Shown piece after piece: positions 1 through 12,400 of a stretch of 64,000 nucleotides of DNA. The stretch is from Naegleria gruberi (taxonomy: Eukaryota). The position numbers and the translations under genes were made by a program. Position 1 is the stretch's first letter. Each line of letters starts with the position of its first letter. Location: NCBI GenBank assembly GCA_000004985.1, contig GG738864.1. One strand, written 5' to 3'. A model generated the notes under the pieces. The model made no database searches and had not been told where the DNA came from. It worked only from the letters and a program-made list of their open reading frames with translations.

Positions 1-307
1 GAACATAGGTTTGTTGATTGACAGAAGGAGCCATAACCTTTTCATTGGTAGGTTGTTCACCGAAAAAGTCATCAAAATCAGTGTCTTCTTGATCAAACCA
101 ATTACTATTAGAGGCTTGTTGTTGTTGCTGTTGCTGTTGTTGCCTTGGGAAGATTAAATTACGTTCCTCTGGAGGAATATGAGACTTATTCTTGTGGGAA
201 TGTTTGGCATATTGAATACTTTCAGTATAGAATGGTGATTGTTCTGAAAGGAAGTCAATAGATTCGGTAACAACGGAAGTAAGTTCCTTGTGATTATGTG
301 GCAACAT
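1..307 (-). CDS. 5' portion of an unidentified gene (Met at 307..305, continues leftwards out of the window); Gln/Ser-rich N-terminus with a poly-Gln tract
   Basis: The minus-strand frame is open from the ATG at 305-307 to the window edge, giving MLPHNHKELTSVVTESIDF...QQQQQQQQ. The poly-Q is encoded by the ttgttgctg repeat at ~118-150. It is absent from the ORF track only because it is unterminated. Confidence 0.35.
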   Translation of the reverse strand, partial: MLPHNHKELTSVVTESIDFLSEQSPFYTESIQYAKHSHKNKSHIPPEERNLIFPRQQQQQQQQQASNSNWFDQEDTDFDDFFGEQPTNEKVMAPSVNQQTYV

Positions 308-2014
308 GTTGTATTAATAGATATTGAAAAAGGCTTTTTGATTGTTTTTTTCTTTGGAAAGATTCTACTCTGGTAAGCTTGACTATGTTGTATTAATAAT
401 ACACAAAAAAACTTTGGATGATCAATGATGATGGGTAATGAAAGCTATATCTCTTAATATACTCTCAATATTAATATTATTAGGTAACAAAGCAAAAAAC
501 ACACAATACTATCTGGGAGAAGATACGACTTGATATTGCACTAGTAGGATCAGCAGCTTGTGTTAAGCTAGGCTTGTTGGTGTCTTTTTTTTTTGTTTGG
601 GAAGTGAATGTTTCGTGTTCAAGCTGGAGCCAAAATAGATTTTGTGATTTTCTGCTCAGAATCGGATTTTGTATTACGTTATGAGGAGGCCTAAAAATGT
701 TGCGTCCATCACATCTGATGTCGCTTCTTCAACCCGATTGTGATGGAAGCACATTAATGGTGAGGACGCTGTAATTTTGCTTTTAACAGATAATTTATCA
801 AAGAATATTCTTATTGTTGAAAACGTGTTTCAAATCTGAACATGAAGGTAAAAATCATTGTGAAGTATCTGATGAATGATGCCTCAAGGAATTAGGAACT
901 GTAAGTGATGTTGTGGTTACAACTCGATTTTTCACTTCATTTCATCCATTTACACCTCCATAAGAGAACACCAAACTATTTTTAATGTTAAATGATGTTG
1001 CAGTCTTTGAACACTTTACAATAAAATGTAATAATTGATGACACAATATTGAGGTGTAGTGGATTAATGATATTGTAAACCAATGTTACCTTAAAGTCAT
1101 TTCTAATGATCAAGTCCTTTTGGATACTTTGTAAAGTTGAGACTGAGAAAATTCTAATTGGTGAGGAGTGCTACTATTTTGGATAATGGATTGACAAGAT
1201 TCGAAAGAAATAGTATTCATACAAAATGATGATCGTCATACAACAATATGCATTGTATAATAATTTTTGTTGAATCATCTGCAGCTGTAGTGTGGAAGAT
1301 TACAACGAAAATGATGGATTGTATTATTTGTTGAGTTGATCCTTATTAGCAGATCGCTTATTTTGTGAAACTGTAAATACGAGTGTATTCTATACTTGAT
1401 CTGAATGTCTATAACAAAAGTGAGTGGAATATACAGTTCAAAGGTTGAGGAAAGTTATTAATAAAGATAAATAACTAAATAAGAAAATAATTCAAATTTA
1501 ATTTTAATATGTTATCACTTGATGTCATCAGCACAATTAACAACTGTAAATTGCAATAATCAATTCACAGTGAAAACAAGTATTCCCAAATATTAGCTAG
1601 TCGAAAAGCAAATCTAAATCATGCCTAGAATCCTCTCTGTAAATCACCTTCATGTAGATCCATCTCTTGAACTCGAATTTAAATTCATTGATGATCCAAC
1701 TTGGAAAATTATCCAACATGATCATGCCTCCTTCCATATTCAAAATTTACGATTTAAATTCTTCGAGTAATGTGACCGAGAGCATCACCACCAAAATCAA
1801 CTCAATAGACATTAAGCTGTTCCAAAGAAAGATCATTTTACAAAAGCGAGGTCCCAAGTAAAAACGCGAAAAGCTCAACCTCGGGTTTTTATCAAAATTT
1901 GGGACAGTGGAAAATGGCCATTAAAAACTGCACAATGGATATCATCTTTAATATCAAAAAAACAAAACAAATACAATAACTTAAACATAATATATTAAAA
2001 CAATTCAAAAGAAG

Positions 2015-2773
2015 ATGAACTTCTCAATCAATCAATTAGCTAGCAAAAGATCAGTTTGCTTATTAACAACATTCATAATGATGGCCATTCTCTTATTGAT
2101 TCAATTATCAATGCCAATTCAAGCCATTAGTTTGAGTCTTGTCAAGGATGAGAAGGTGAGGAGTAGTTTTGAATCCACTTGGAAAAATTACATTCAGAAG
2201 AATTCTGATAATAGATGTTGTCTTCCAGATACCTATTCATTGAGTATGACCAATGGATTGAACAGAAAGAATATGCAAGTTCAAGGTGTTTCAATGATGA
2301 GAATTGAAACTTCTACTGTCAATTATTATCATGATAGAAAGACATTGAGAATGAGAATTGATTCTAATGGAACAAATGCTGAAGGTCAAGTTCTCAAGAC
2401 AAGCCAAATTACTTTCAGATTGGGTGAAAAGGATTTCGAATATAATATTGTCAATGGTGCATGCTCTTGCAGACTTACCAAATTGACCTGGGATAAGACA
2501 TGTTACAGTTTAGAACAAACAAGTTCAGTTGGAAAGATTGGTGATTTTGAAGCAACCAATGTTTTTGTCAACTCTGTTCCAAATCAATTCTTCTTCTCTC
2601 AATGGACTGTTAGAAGCAAATCTATGGACAAGTCAACCTGTTTCCCACTAAGTATTGAATTTGTTCATGATGATACTAGTTTACTTCAAAATGCTTTCAA
2701 TCAAGCAACAAATGTTGATCCATCTGTTTTCAGACTTCCACTCAATTGCCCAGTCTTTTCCTCATGTCAATAA
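2015..2773 (+). CDS. hypothetical secreted/type-II membrane protein (252 aa) with N-terminal hydrophobic signal-anchor and ~8 Cys
   Basis: ATG-initiated ORF with an A-rich Kozak-like context. It has a hydrophobic segment LLTTFIMMAILLLIQL. I do not recognise a family. Confidence 0.45.
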   Translation: MNFSINQLASKRSVCLLTTFIMMAILLLIQLSMPIQAISLSLVKDEKVRSSFESTWKNYIQKNSDNRCCLPDTYSLSMTNGLNRKNMQVQGVSMMRIETSTVNYYHDRKTLRMRIDSNGTNAEGQVLKTSQITFRLGEKDFEYNIVNGACSCRLTKLTWDKTCYSLEQTSSVGKIGDFEATNVFVNSVPNQFFFSQWTVRSKSMDKSTCFPLSIEFVHDDTSLLQNAFNQATNVDPSVFRLPLNCPVFSSCQ

Positions 2774-3700
2774 TCCACAAGTTCTGTATCATACTGTATC
2801 ACTAATTGTAAAAACTAATAAATTATAAAACTAATCTGCTTTCCTTTCGAATATTCTTCAAACAAAGCAAAAATCAATTCTTGAACTAGTCTCAATATAA
2901 TCTCAATTTCACTACAGTCAATCACAGAGTTGCAATTGTGATTTTCCATGAACAAGTTCCAACCTTATTCATCACTGAAAAGCGACGTCCTCACTCTCTA
3001 TTAATAACCTCAAACAACTCGTCCATCTATTTTTACAACAAAAAAATCAAACTAAAAAAAAGATCCTCAACCAACCTCTTTCAATTTTTTATCTCTTTGA
3101 AGCAGACCAAAAAACTACTTTTCCTAGTCCTCCTTTAAGATCTGCATTGCTCTGATCAAGCATTTTCAAAACAAACAAACAAACAAACCACAACAACATT
3201 ATGTACAGCACATTCTATACCTTGGTTCATAATACCACTCAAACTAAAAAGCCAAAGAGAGAATCCTTCCTCAACTCATCCCAACCACTCTCTATCAGAC
3301 CATCTATTCATGCTAGTAGTGGTGGAAATGGAGGTGATGATAGTGGCTTGTCGAGTAGTCCTCCAACCAAGTTTCAATTGTACACCACTAGTAACAAACC
3401 GAATGTTTCTAATTAATAATGGCAGATGAAAGAATGCTTTTTGAAGGACATTCCTTTGCATGAGATTGAAGGAATGTTTAATGTGTAATTCCTTTTCTTT
3501 TGGAAGAATTACTTGGTGAAATTTATATTGTAACAATTTTGTAAATAATAACTTATTGGACTAGAGTCCACACAACAACACTACAAAACTAGGGCCTTTG
3601 TTTTTAAGGGAGAATACTTAACCACAATTTTATTGAAATGATTGTTTAATAAACAATACAGAGTTTCGTTTTTTAAAGTTAATCCTGTTTTTGAATTCAT

Positions 3701-5785
3701 TCAATCCAAATCAGTTTGAATTTCAAATCTTGAACCTTTCAATTTCAATATTTGATTCATTTTCATTTTGAAGAGTGAAATCTTTTGTGAGATTGTTGTT
3801 CTGATAGTTCTGTATTTCTCACTTGTTGATTTGTAAAATTTTCTGATATTAGAAACAATTGGAGAAATCACACAATCATTTAAAATATCAACAAGAACTC
3901 TCCTTTGATGTCTTCCATCTTCTTCATACTCTTCTGGTTCATCTTCTTCATTATCCAAATAGTACAATTGCCTCCTAGTGAAAAGGAATGGTACAAGCCA
4001 CATTCGAATAGGAACCAATATCAAAATCAAGATTGGAAATGACAATGCAGCAGGTGATTCAGTAATGGCATAAATAATTCCAAGAAAACCCATTTGAATA
4101 CATGTAAAGACAATATTGTGAAATAATGGAAGAGTATTAACATAGGGAGAATGCAATTCTTTCCTTTGTGAACTTCTTACAAACCAGAGTTTGATTCTAT
4201 CCATCATTTGATTTCCATCGAATGAAGTAAATCCCATATAGAGGAAAATGCCAGTCATGGCACCCTTTGGAATTGTTTTCAGAACTACCTGTCCATACAT
4301 CATTAACACTCCAATGATAAGAGCATGAAGAAAATTTGAAACTCTATTCTCACGAACTGAGCCAATCACTTCCTTCTTCTTTCCATTCGGTAATTCTTTC
4401 ATTTCCACTCTACCTAAACTGGTTACATGAAGAGGAGCTTGTGGAATGAGTCCATGAGTGAAGGGAATTCCCACCAATGAGCAAACCAAAATATTCAATC
4501 CACACACGAATAAATCCCAATGAAATGCACTTCCCTTCTTCAAATTAAACTCCTTCTTTTGAGAGAGGAGTGAAGAAATGTTGTGATCAAAGAAAATCAA
4601 AGCTGCCAAAATGGATGCTGGAATGATGGCTGCAAAAATCGACCACAATGGCAAGCTGGAGTAATTGACCAGCCATGAACCATTCCTCTCTCCAAAAGTT
4701 GGTTCAAATGTTGAAGGAACATTCAAGAAGGGAATTTCAACCTGATCAAAAACTGGAAGGTGTGAAATTCCTGTAAATATTCCAACACTAATGGCAACAG
4801 CATAGGCCTTTAAAATCTTTACAATGAAATTTGGAAAATAAATCCAAGTAGTTGAGTAATGTAATTGATAGGAAACGTAAAATGATCCAATCGAAATAAT
4901 AAATGATAATAAGGCAGAATCCAAACTAAAGTTATTGAAATACTCAACAATATCCTCAACTGCTCCCACAATATAAATCACTCCAATTAAACATCCAAAT
5001 ATTTCAGCAGTAAATCTTGAAACATATTTCACCAGCGTTGATAAATTCAAAACAGCAATCATGAAACACAAAAAACTTGTGAAAAATCCAATAATTGACA
5101 GCCATGGCAGGAAGGGTATTTCAGCTCTCTTACAAATATCAAATATTGTGATGCAAAAGACACAAATAGGTCCAGTCACTCCAACAATCACTAATGGTTG
5201 ACCAGAAATTAATGAAAATATAATTCCACTTAAAGAGGTTGCAAATAGTACTTCCATAACTCCTAATTGATTTTCAGTACTTTTAGAAAGCAAAACTCCA
5301 AAACTTAAAGCAGGGAAAATACTCGAAAATAACATGAATAGGGCTGAGGCAAGAACTGTTGGATGGAAACCTTGTGTGAAATCATTGATATAATGAGGAG
5401 CTCTCCTCCGTATGTCAGTAATCATTCCATAACATGGAATACATGATTTTTTCATAAATATTCTTTTTAAAGTAAATTTCATTCGAAAGGCCATCGGAAT
5501 GTCATCCAAATTATCTGTTTTTTCATCATTTTGCATGTCAACTTTTGAATTGACTCTGTTCATCCCATCTTGTTGATTTTCCTCTTGAACATTCTCATCA
5601 AATGTGAGTGGATATCGTGAATCAACAGAAGTCAATGTAGATTCCGAAGTAATGGAGGGCAGAGAATTGTGCTGCTGGTGATTTGCACCATTTTCATTGT
5701 GTTCCGATGATGGTAGCATGTTGAATAACTTGAATTTGGTTGTTTTTTCTTCAGGAAAGTTTGTGAATGAAAATGGATTATCCAA
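3701..5785 (-). CDS. SLC4-family anion exchanger / borate (BOR1-like) transporter, single exon, 694 aa
   Basis: The motif GMITDIRRRAPHYINDF matches the SLC4/AE1 signature (FGGLxxDIRRRYPxYxSD). There are multiple TM helices throughout. The real ATG is at 5785..5783. Confidence 0.85.
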   Translation of the reverse strand: MDNPFSFTNFPEEKTTKFKLFNMLPSSEHNENGANHQQHNSLPSITSESTLTSVDSRYPLTFDENVQEENQQDGMNRVNSKVDMQNDEKTDNLDDIPMAFRMKFTLKRIFMKKSCIPCYGMITDIRRRAPHYINDFTQGFHPTVLASALFMLFSSIFPALSFGVLLSKSTENQLGVMEVLFATSLSGIIFSLISGQPLVIVGVTGPICVFCITIFDICKRAEIPFLPWLSIIGFFTSFLCFMIAVLNLSTLVKYVSRFTAEIFGCLIGVIYIVGAVEDIVEYFNNFSLDSALLSFIISIGSFYVSYQLHYSTTWIYFPNFIVKILKAYAVAISVGIFTGISHLPVFDQVEIPFLNVPSTFEPTFGERNGSWLVNYSSLPLWSIFAAIIPASILAALIFFDHNISSLLSQKKEFNLKKGSAFHWDLFVCGLNILVCSLVGIPFTHGLIPQAPLHVTSLGRVEMKELPNGKKKEVIGSVRENRVSNFLHALIIGVLMMYGQVVLKTIPKGAMTGIFLYMGFTSFDGNQMMDRIKLWFVRSSQRKELHSPYVNTLPLFHNIVFTCIQMGFLGIIYAITESPAALSFPILILILVPIRMWLVPFLFTRRQLYYLDNEEDEPEEYEEDGRHQRRVLVDILNDCVISPIVSNIRKFYKSTSEKYRTIRTTISQKISLFKMKMNQILKLKGSRFEIQTDLD

Positions 5786-6234
5786 AAATATTCACACTGT
5801 CAATCGAATATTAGAGATTACAATTCAAATTTCACTCAGTATTAGTAAGGCAGGGTATTAAGAGGATTTGTTAATCATTTTCAAAGATTTTCAATAAACT
5901 CTTTATCCATTGTTGGATATTTTTTCCAACCATTACAAAATTCCATAACTATTACTAACTGTAAACTCTCCAACTTGATAGTTCCAAAAGGACAACGACT
6001 CCATTATCTTCTTCCGCCTTCCACACTACAGCAACAAAGCCAAACCAAACCTGGTTGCATTCCCTATTCAATATCCCCCATCAATGTCAAATCCTAATCA
6101 TCAACTCCAATATCGAATATCGTACTTCCAAGCAGCGAAGAAACTCGACTTGTCTTGACTTCAGACTGAAAAAGTCCAAACAGAAATTCTAAAGAAAAAA
6201 TTTCTTAAAGGAAGGCTTTCGATTTTCTGCATCA

Positions 6235-6305
6235 GACGGCGCCTTTTTCCTTCAATCTTCCTCACCTCCCTCACCTCCTCTTTTCTGACCACCACAATCA
6301 TCAGT
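6235..6305. promoter_or_regulatory. CT-rich (pyrimidine) tract in the 640-bp divergent intergenic region between the SLC4 gene and the large gene at 6423
   Basis: The sequence is ccttcaatcttcctcacctccctcacctcctcttttctgaccaccac. It is locally more GC-rich than the flanks. CT-rich tracts are typical of fungal-type core promoters. Confidence 0.3.
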
Positions 6306-6422
6306 GTGTTTCAATATACGGGTGAGATCGTCTCTTCTATATTAGCAGTGTGGGAGAATTTAGAGAAATTAACTTGAAGTTTATTAATTTATTTATTGAT
6401 CATCAACAACAATAACAACAAG

Positions 6423-9400
6423 ATGGATGATAGTAGTGATGATGGAAGTTGCGATATTCCAATACCTCCAGGACCAATTATAGTCCAATCAATTGATGAT
6501 AATCATCTGAATGAAGAGGAAAATAATTCATCAAAAGTAATAGCAAATGTTCCTTCTTCTTCTTCGTCATCATCATCGATATCGGCTGTGGATGAAAATC
6601 AGATAGAAGAATATTCAGAGAATAATAATGGCCATCAAAAAGACTCGGACCCTACCATCCAGCCACCAGAATTACAAGCTTGCTCATCATTGGAAGATTC
6701 ATCCGATGAAGAAGAGGAAGACAACATTCAACCTCCTTTTAGACCTCCACCATCTTTACCTTCTCTGAATGTGCCAAATCTAGTCCCTAATTCTATCCCT
6801 ACCAATTCTACCACTCCAAATATTGTCACACAACCAAAATTTGTTGCAAAGGAAGAAATTGATGAATATACCAGTAGTGATGAATCTGATGACAAAATGA
6901 CAAAAGAAAATCCAGTAAGTATGAAATTAGACAAACTTGTTTCTAATTGACCAAATTTTAGCATGATGTTGTTATGGTACTTTCCCCTCCTCCACAACCA
7001 CCTTCTAATGGCAATAGCCCTGTAAATAATAGACCAAGCATTGTTCCAAAGTTGACCCTCACCAGCTCATCATCGTCTGATAATATTGTTCCAGGTCCTG
7101 TCAATACTACTCCTTCTTTTGAAATTTCTGTTACAACAACACCAAATACTGGAAAACAAAACACAACAAGTACAGCCCGATCATCTAATTCAACCTATTC
7201 TTCACATACTAATGGGTTGGCTGTTCCAAGTGGAGGAAGAACACCAGAAACTAATCTAGCCAAAAGATCACTTAAACTTGGAGATGATTTCGAACAACAG
7301 TCAAAATATCTTTTCCAAGTTAATGAAAAAGGATTTGTTGTCTCAGTAGCTGCGAGTATTTTAATGGAATTCCAACAATATGTCGAAAATGAATTTATTG
7401 AAAGTTCTAAATTAATACCTTATCAAGTACTAGCAGAAATGAAGGAAAAGAAAAAGGAGGATGTTAATTTTACCAAACTCTTTAGTTTTAGAAATTCTGA
7501 AGGGTATCTGAAACACTTGAAATTATTTAAAGAGACAACTTTTGAAAAGAGTTGCCAACTATATTGCCAACTTTTATTGGATTGGCTTCAATCTTCAACC
7601 TCTGAGGTTGCCATTCCTGAATGGTCGTACACAAGATTCACCTCCAGATTAATTCAAAAACTTAATTTATCTGGTGAAGAAAAAACTCACGTTCTTGTTC
7701 AATCCATTAACATTTTAATATGGCTCGTTGTCAGTGATGTATTCTCTATTATATTGAAGAGCTATCATCCAAATATTGTTGACTCTCACGTAACAGAAAA
7801 TATTATGGGCTATTGTTTTGATATTGTCATCTTTGAAACTCATACAAATGCTAAAATTTATACAGTTTGGAAACAAATGCAATCTGTAATTAATGATCAA
7901 TGGGCATTTGTTTTGAGAAGATTGTCAAGAAGAAATTTAACAGAAGTGTGCTCCTTCTTCCTTTCAAGAGTTAATAAGAAGGTTGAAAAAGGGCTCACAA
8001 AATGCTACTTACAATCCCTCAAGTATATAGATATAGACCTTACCGACAGTGCTGGTGCTACACGTGAGCTTTTAGATACCTTGCTCAAACTCTCGGAGCA
8101 TGAAAAGATTGTTAAATCCTCAATAACTTTGAGAAATTGTGCTCTAGCAGTTTTGCAAACTGTCTATTCCCAACTTGATTTTGAATTGGAAGAAAATTGC
8201 AATTTATTGGAAGATTTCAACTTGAAGGTTTATAATTTGGCCAACTCTTTTGAAAAGAGCAAGATTGGTCAAAAAGGATCATCAAAAGGTGAATCTATGA
8301 TTCTCAAATCCTTGATTGTTAAACATGCCACTTTTCAATTCCACAATAATCATGCTTCCAAATTGGCAGATGAAGTTATTGAATTTGCTCTCAAAAAGAA
8401 AGATCAAACTTCCTTGTTAAATCAAGCTCTTTACTCCTTGTGTGTTATTACTAAGGACAAATACAATGTGGATAGAAACATGTCGCCATTTACATTTATT
8501 GGAGGTCCATATAGTAACAAGCTTTTAAAGAACAAACCATTCGTTGACTTGGTGTATTCTGAAACAGACAAGAATATCTCATACTTTACTGAGGACCAAA
8601 CCTCCAAGTCGAAATATACCGAAGTGATGAAGAAAGTTCTTGTCAGTGTTCAAGCATTCTTGCAAAAATTGAACGTCAGTATTGAGGCGGAGCTATTCGA
8701 TACTACTTCCTTCTTTTTAATGCTCTTGATTATGAGAATTGCCTCTCATGACATTGAAAGTGTTTTGGGACCAGATGGAATTGTCAGAAAGTATCTGAGC
8801 CGTGACTTCCAAAAGAATAGTCTCTTCTCTGTAGCTGCTTTCCGAGTATTGAAGGCTATGCAAAACAATGCAAAGGATTCCTACAATGTTGATGTTTTGA
8901 GTTGTGAATCTGAAATAGAATCAATCAAGAGACAGAGCTCATTTACATCACTTTTGAGTGGTTTCAAGGCAGAGGGCTTCTATTTGAAGAAAGTACTAGA
9001 GCACTGTAATGAACGTATGAATGTTTCAATCTTGCAATATGCTGATTTTGACCTTCCAGTTGTAAAACCAGAGAATACTATTACTTTCATTCAAGACGAA
9101 AGTGACAATGATAGCGATATTTATATATTCAAATCAACATCATCAGAAAGACAGGACGATAATTATAGTTTCAACTCAAGTGCTACTAGTGCTAGTACAA
9201 TTTCTGATACTGACCATAATCTTTCTTCTGCATCAGCTAATGTAATGCCTGTTAGCCCTCGTGTCAGAAAATTGACCAAAAAGGGTGCCTCAGAAACTGA
9301 TATTTTCAAACCTCTAATGAGACGTAAGACAGCAACAACTTCTGATTTCAGTAATACTCTGAATCGTTATCCATCAGTTACTAGTTCTTCATCTACACAG

Positions 9401-12400
9401 GCATCCAATGAGCAACAATTAGAAAAGAGAAAGACAACAAAAGAAGAAAAGTTAAAGAAGGAAAGATATGGACTTGTAAAGATTCTTATCCACAGTATTT
9501 CTACATTGCCACTGTTTGCTAGTGAGGATATATTAGCCTACGACAAGTTGGAAAACTTTTTGGGCAACTTCTTGATATGTGGAGATGTAACCATTGCACA
9601 AGCCACTTCTGCTGCTTTACAGGAAACTATGAAGCAACATCCATTATTGAGATCGTCAATAATTAAGAAATTAACAGAATTGCTTATTTATCAATTGAAA
9701 CAATTTGATGAGGTGAAAAGTATCAAATACTTGTTAAAGAATATTATTCAACTCATTGGAATTTGGTCCGAGGACAAGGCTAACATTGACCGTAGTATTG
9801 ATGCATGGATTTTCAAACTTGAGGCCGGTTGTTTAATTAGTATGTGCTTTGTTGATAGACAGTTGAGATTGACAGCACTAGAATGCCTTTCAGTCATCTC
9901 TAACTTGTTCTATGAACATGTATCTGGATTGAGCTATAGAATTATCATAGAAAATCAATCTACAATCATTCAAAGATCTATTAGAAAGATTGAAGTTAGA
10001 GATGCTATGGGTGTTGATGAGTACATCATGTCTGACGATTTGTTGCTCAAGTTAGAAAGAGAGAGTTTGGAAAGTGTTTCTCAAAGTGAAACAGCAGCAA
10101 CTGTTCTCTATACCTACATTTTAGGTTTCATTGGAGAAACTTTAGCCGAGCAAAATTGCAAAATGTATCCTGACTTGTTATTTTTAATTAAGGACTTTTG
10201 TATAGGAGTATCTGAGTTAGCACTCGAAGATGAAAAGTATGCCCCACTTTGGACAGATTCACTTTGCTTAATGTCATCCCTGTGCGGTGTTCCTAATCCA
10301 GAGGATCAAAATATGCTTGCAGCTTTAGAGAACTATAGAGGAATTGTCAAAAACACGTTGAAACAAATAGATCTTTTCGATAAGTTCCTTTGTTCTGAAG
10401 AAGTTTGGCACCACAGAGCCATTGTAAATATTTGCTCCTGCTTTAATTATCAATCTCTGCCAACTTTAATGGACATACTCTATTCATTCTTGGAAAATAA
10501 GAGAGAAAAGAAGGTATCCGTTACTACTATTATTGCCCTTAAGGATATTGCAAGAATTTTGAACAGTATTACACAAACTCAAAGTTTTGCCAAATTGGTG
10601 AAATATCTATCCATCTTTTCTCAATTCCTAAGACAAGCATCCGATTTGATTCAAAAATCTTATGGTATACTTGCTTCTGAGAGAGATGTGAAAATTAAGG
10701 ATCCATTCCATTTGTATTGTATTTTCCATTCGTATGCAAACAATGCAGCTGCTTTGAATAATATTGCCAAGACATTATTCCTTACAAAGAATAGTCAAAC
10801 CAGACAAAAATCTATCAAAATTACAAATGCTCTCTTCTTGAGAAACGGAAATGTTTGGCAAGAAGATGCCCGTGTGAATTCCATCAACAGTCTCAGAGAA
10901 TGTTTGGATAAGATAACTCAAATGCAACAAGTGGCTGATGTAACTGTTGAAAGATTGAAGGATGAGAAAGCCAAAGAATATTGGAGGGGTGAATATGCAA
11001 ACATTCTCTCAGTCAAATTGAAACATCTTTGCTACAGAGGTATTTCCAGTATTTTGAAGGTGGATCCTATTCCTACCTTATTCTCTAATTCAACATTTGA
11101 TTATCAAACCTTTTTTATTTCTTCAGAACTCCAAGGATACAGAATGTTGGACGGTGTTCTTTGTCACCACTTTGAACATTTATTTACAGAGTTTATTTCA
11201 ACAATTTACACAACCACCGATGATGACATTTCCGAAGTGTATATTAATGCAATCTATGACAATTTACTTCCAAGCAGCACTGCCTTTGCACCACACTATT
11301 GTACAAATGAAGATCGTTTGGAGTGGATGTTAACACTGAAGGGTCAAGAATTATTCGAAGGTGCTCCATCATTCCTCAATGAAGATGATATCATTCACAC
11401 AGTGATACAAAAGAATATCTTCTCCATTTTGCTCTTGATGCTCTATTTGTTGAACCATCCATATGATTCTGTTCACTCTAAAGCTGGTGAAGTTGTTTGG
11501 GCTTTGGTACATAACAACTTTTGTGTTGATGAAGTGGAAAAGACAATCAATCCTACCCAAAAAGAAAGAGTAATGGCTGAATTGGAAATTTTAGATGTTT
11601 CACTGAGAACCAATTCAACTACCTTGGAATATGCTCTTAGAGTTTCTGATGCTGTTTCTACATTGGTTAGTTTCTGGAGTAATAGATTGTTCTTAGAAGC
11701 ATTCAAATACTTACCTACTGTAGCTGTTACTCAAAGAAAGTCATTTTTGGTCAATATACTCAAACCTTGGGGCAAGTACTTGGAAGTTTGTCCAATACCT
11801 CCTCCAATGGATATTAACGAAGTTATACATGTCATTATCAAATTCTCATTGGAAATTCAAAGATCTATTGGAGTTACAAAGGATTTACAATTCATTTGGC
11901 AAGAAGTATGCCAACAAGGTGGAATCCTCATGAATCCACTTGCAGAACAATCTAATCAAATCATGGGATTAGATTATTCTATTGATCTCAAATATCCAAG
12001 AAATCTTGTAATGATTATAGATTACATCAAGGCTCTCCTCTCCAATGCCTATGATATTGAAAAGGATAAGAAGACCAAGTATGATATTGAAACAGTATGC
12101 AGAGGAACTGCTTTGGCTCTCTTCTCAGTTCAACCAAAACTAACCCTCCAACTTTTACTCGGCAACATAACCTCTTGTGATGATAATTATGGTGATGCGA
12201 TCATGTGTTTGTTACACGATATTGTCTGTCACAATGAACACAAGACTGTGGTATTGGAGCAAGCTCACATTATTTTGGTTTATGCTTTAATAAGAATGGA
12301 CGGAATGAACGAATATGCCCACAACCTTTTCACCAGTATGCTTTTGAGTTTAATGTCCCACACCAGTTCTCAATTATTGACAAGAAAGTACTGGTTGTTG

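Noticed and set aside
100-160. CAA/CAG-type trinucleotide run as a microsatellite
   Set aside because: It lies inside the coding frame of the partial minus-strand gene (a poly-Gln tract), so it is not a non-coding repeat.
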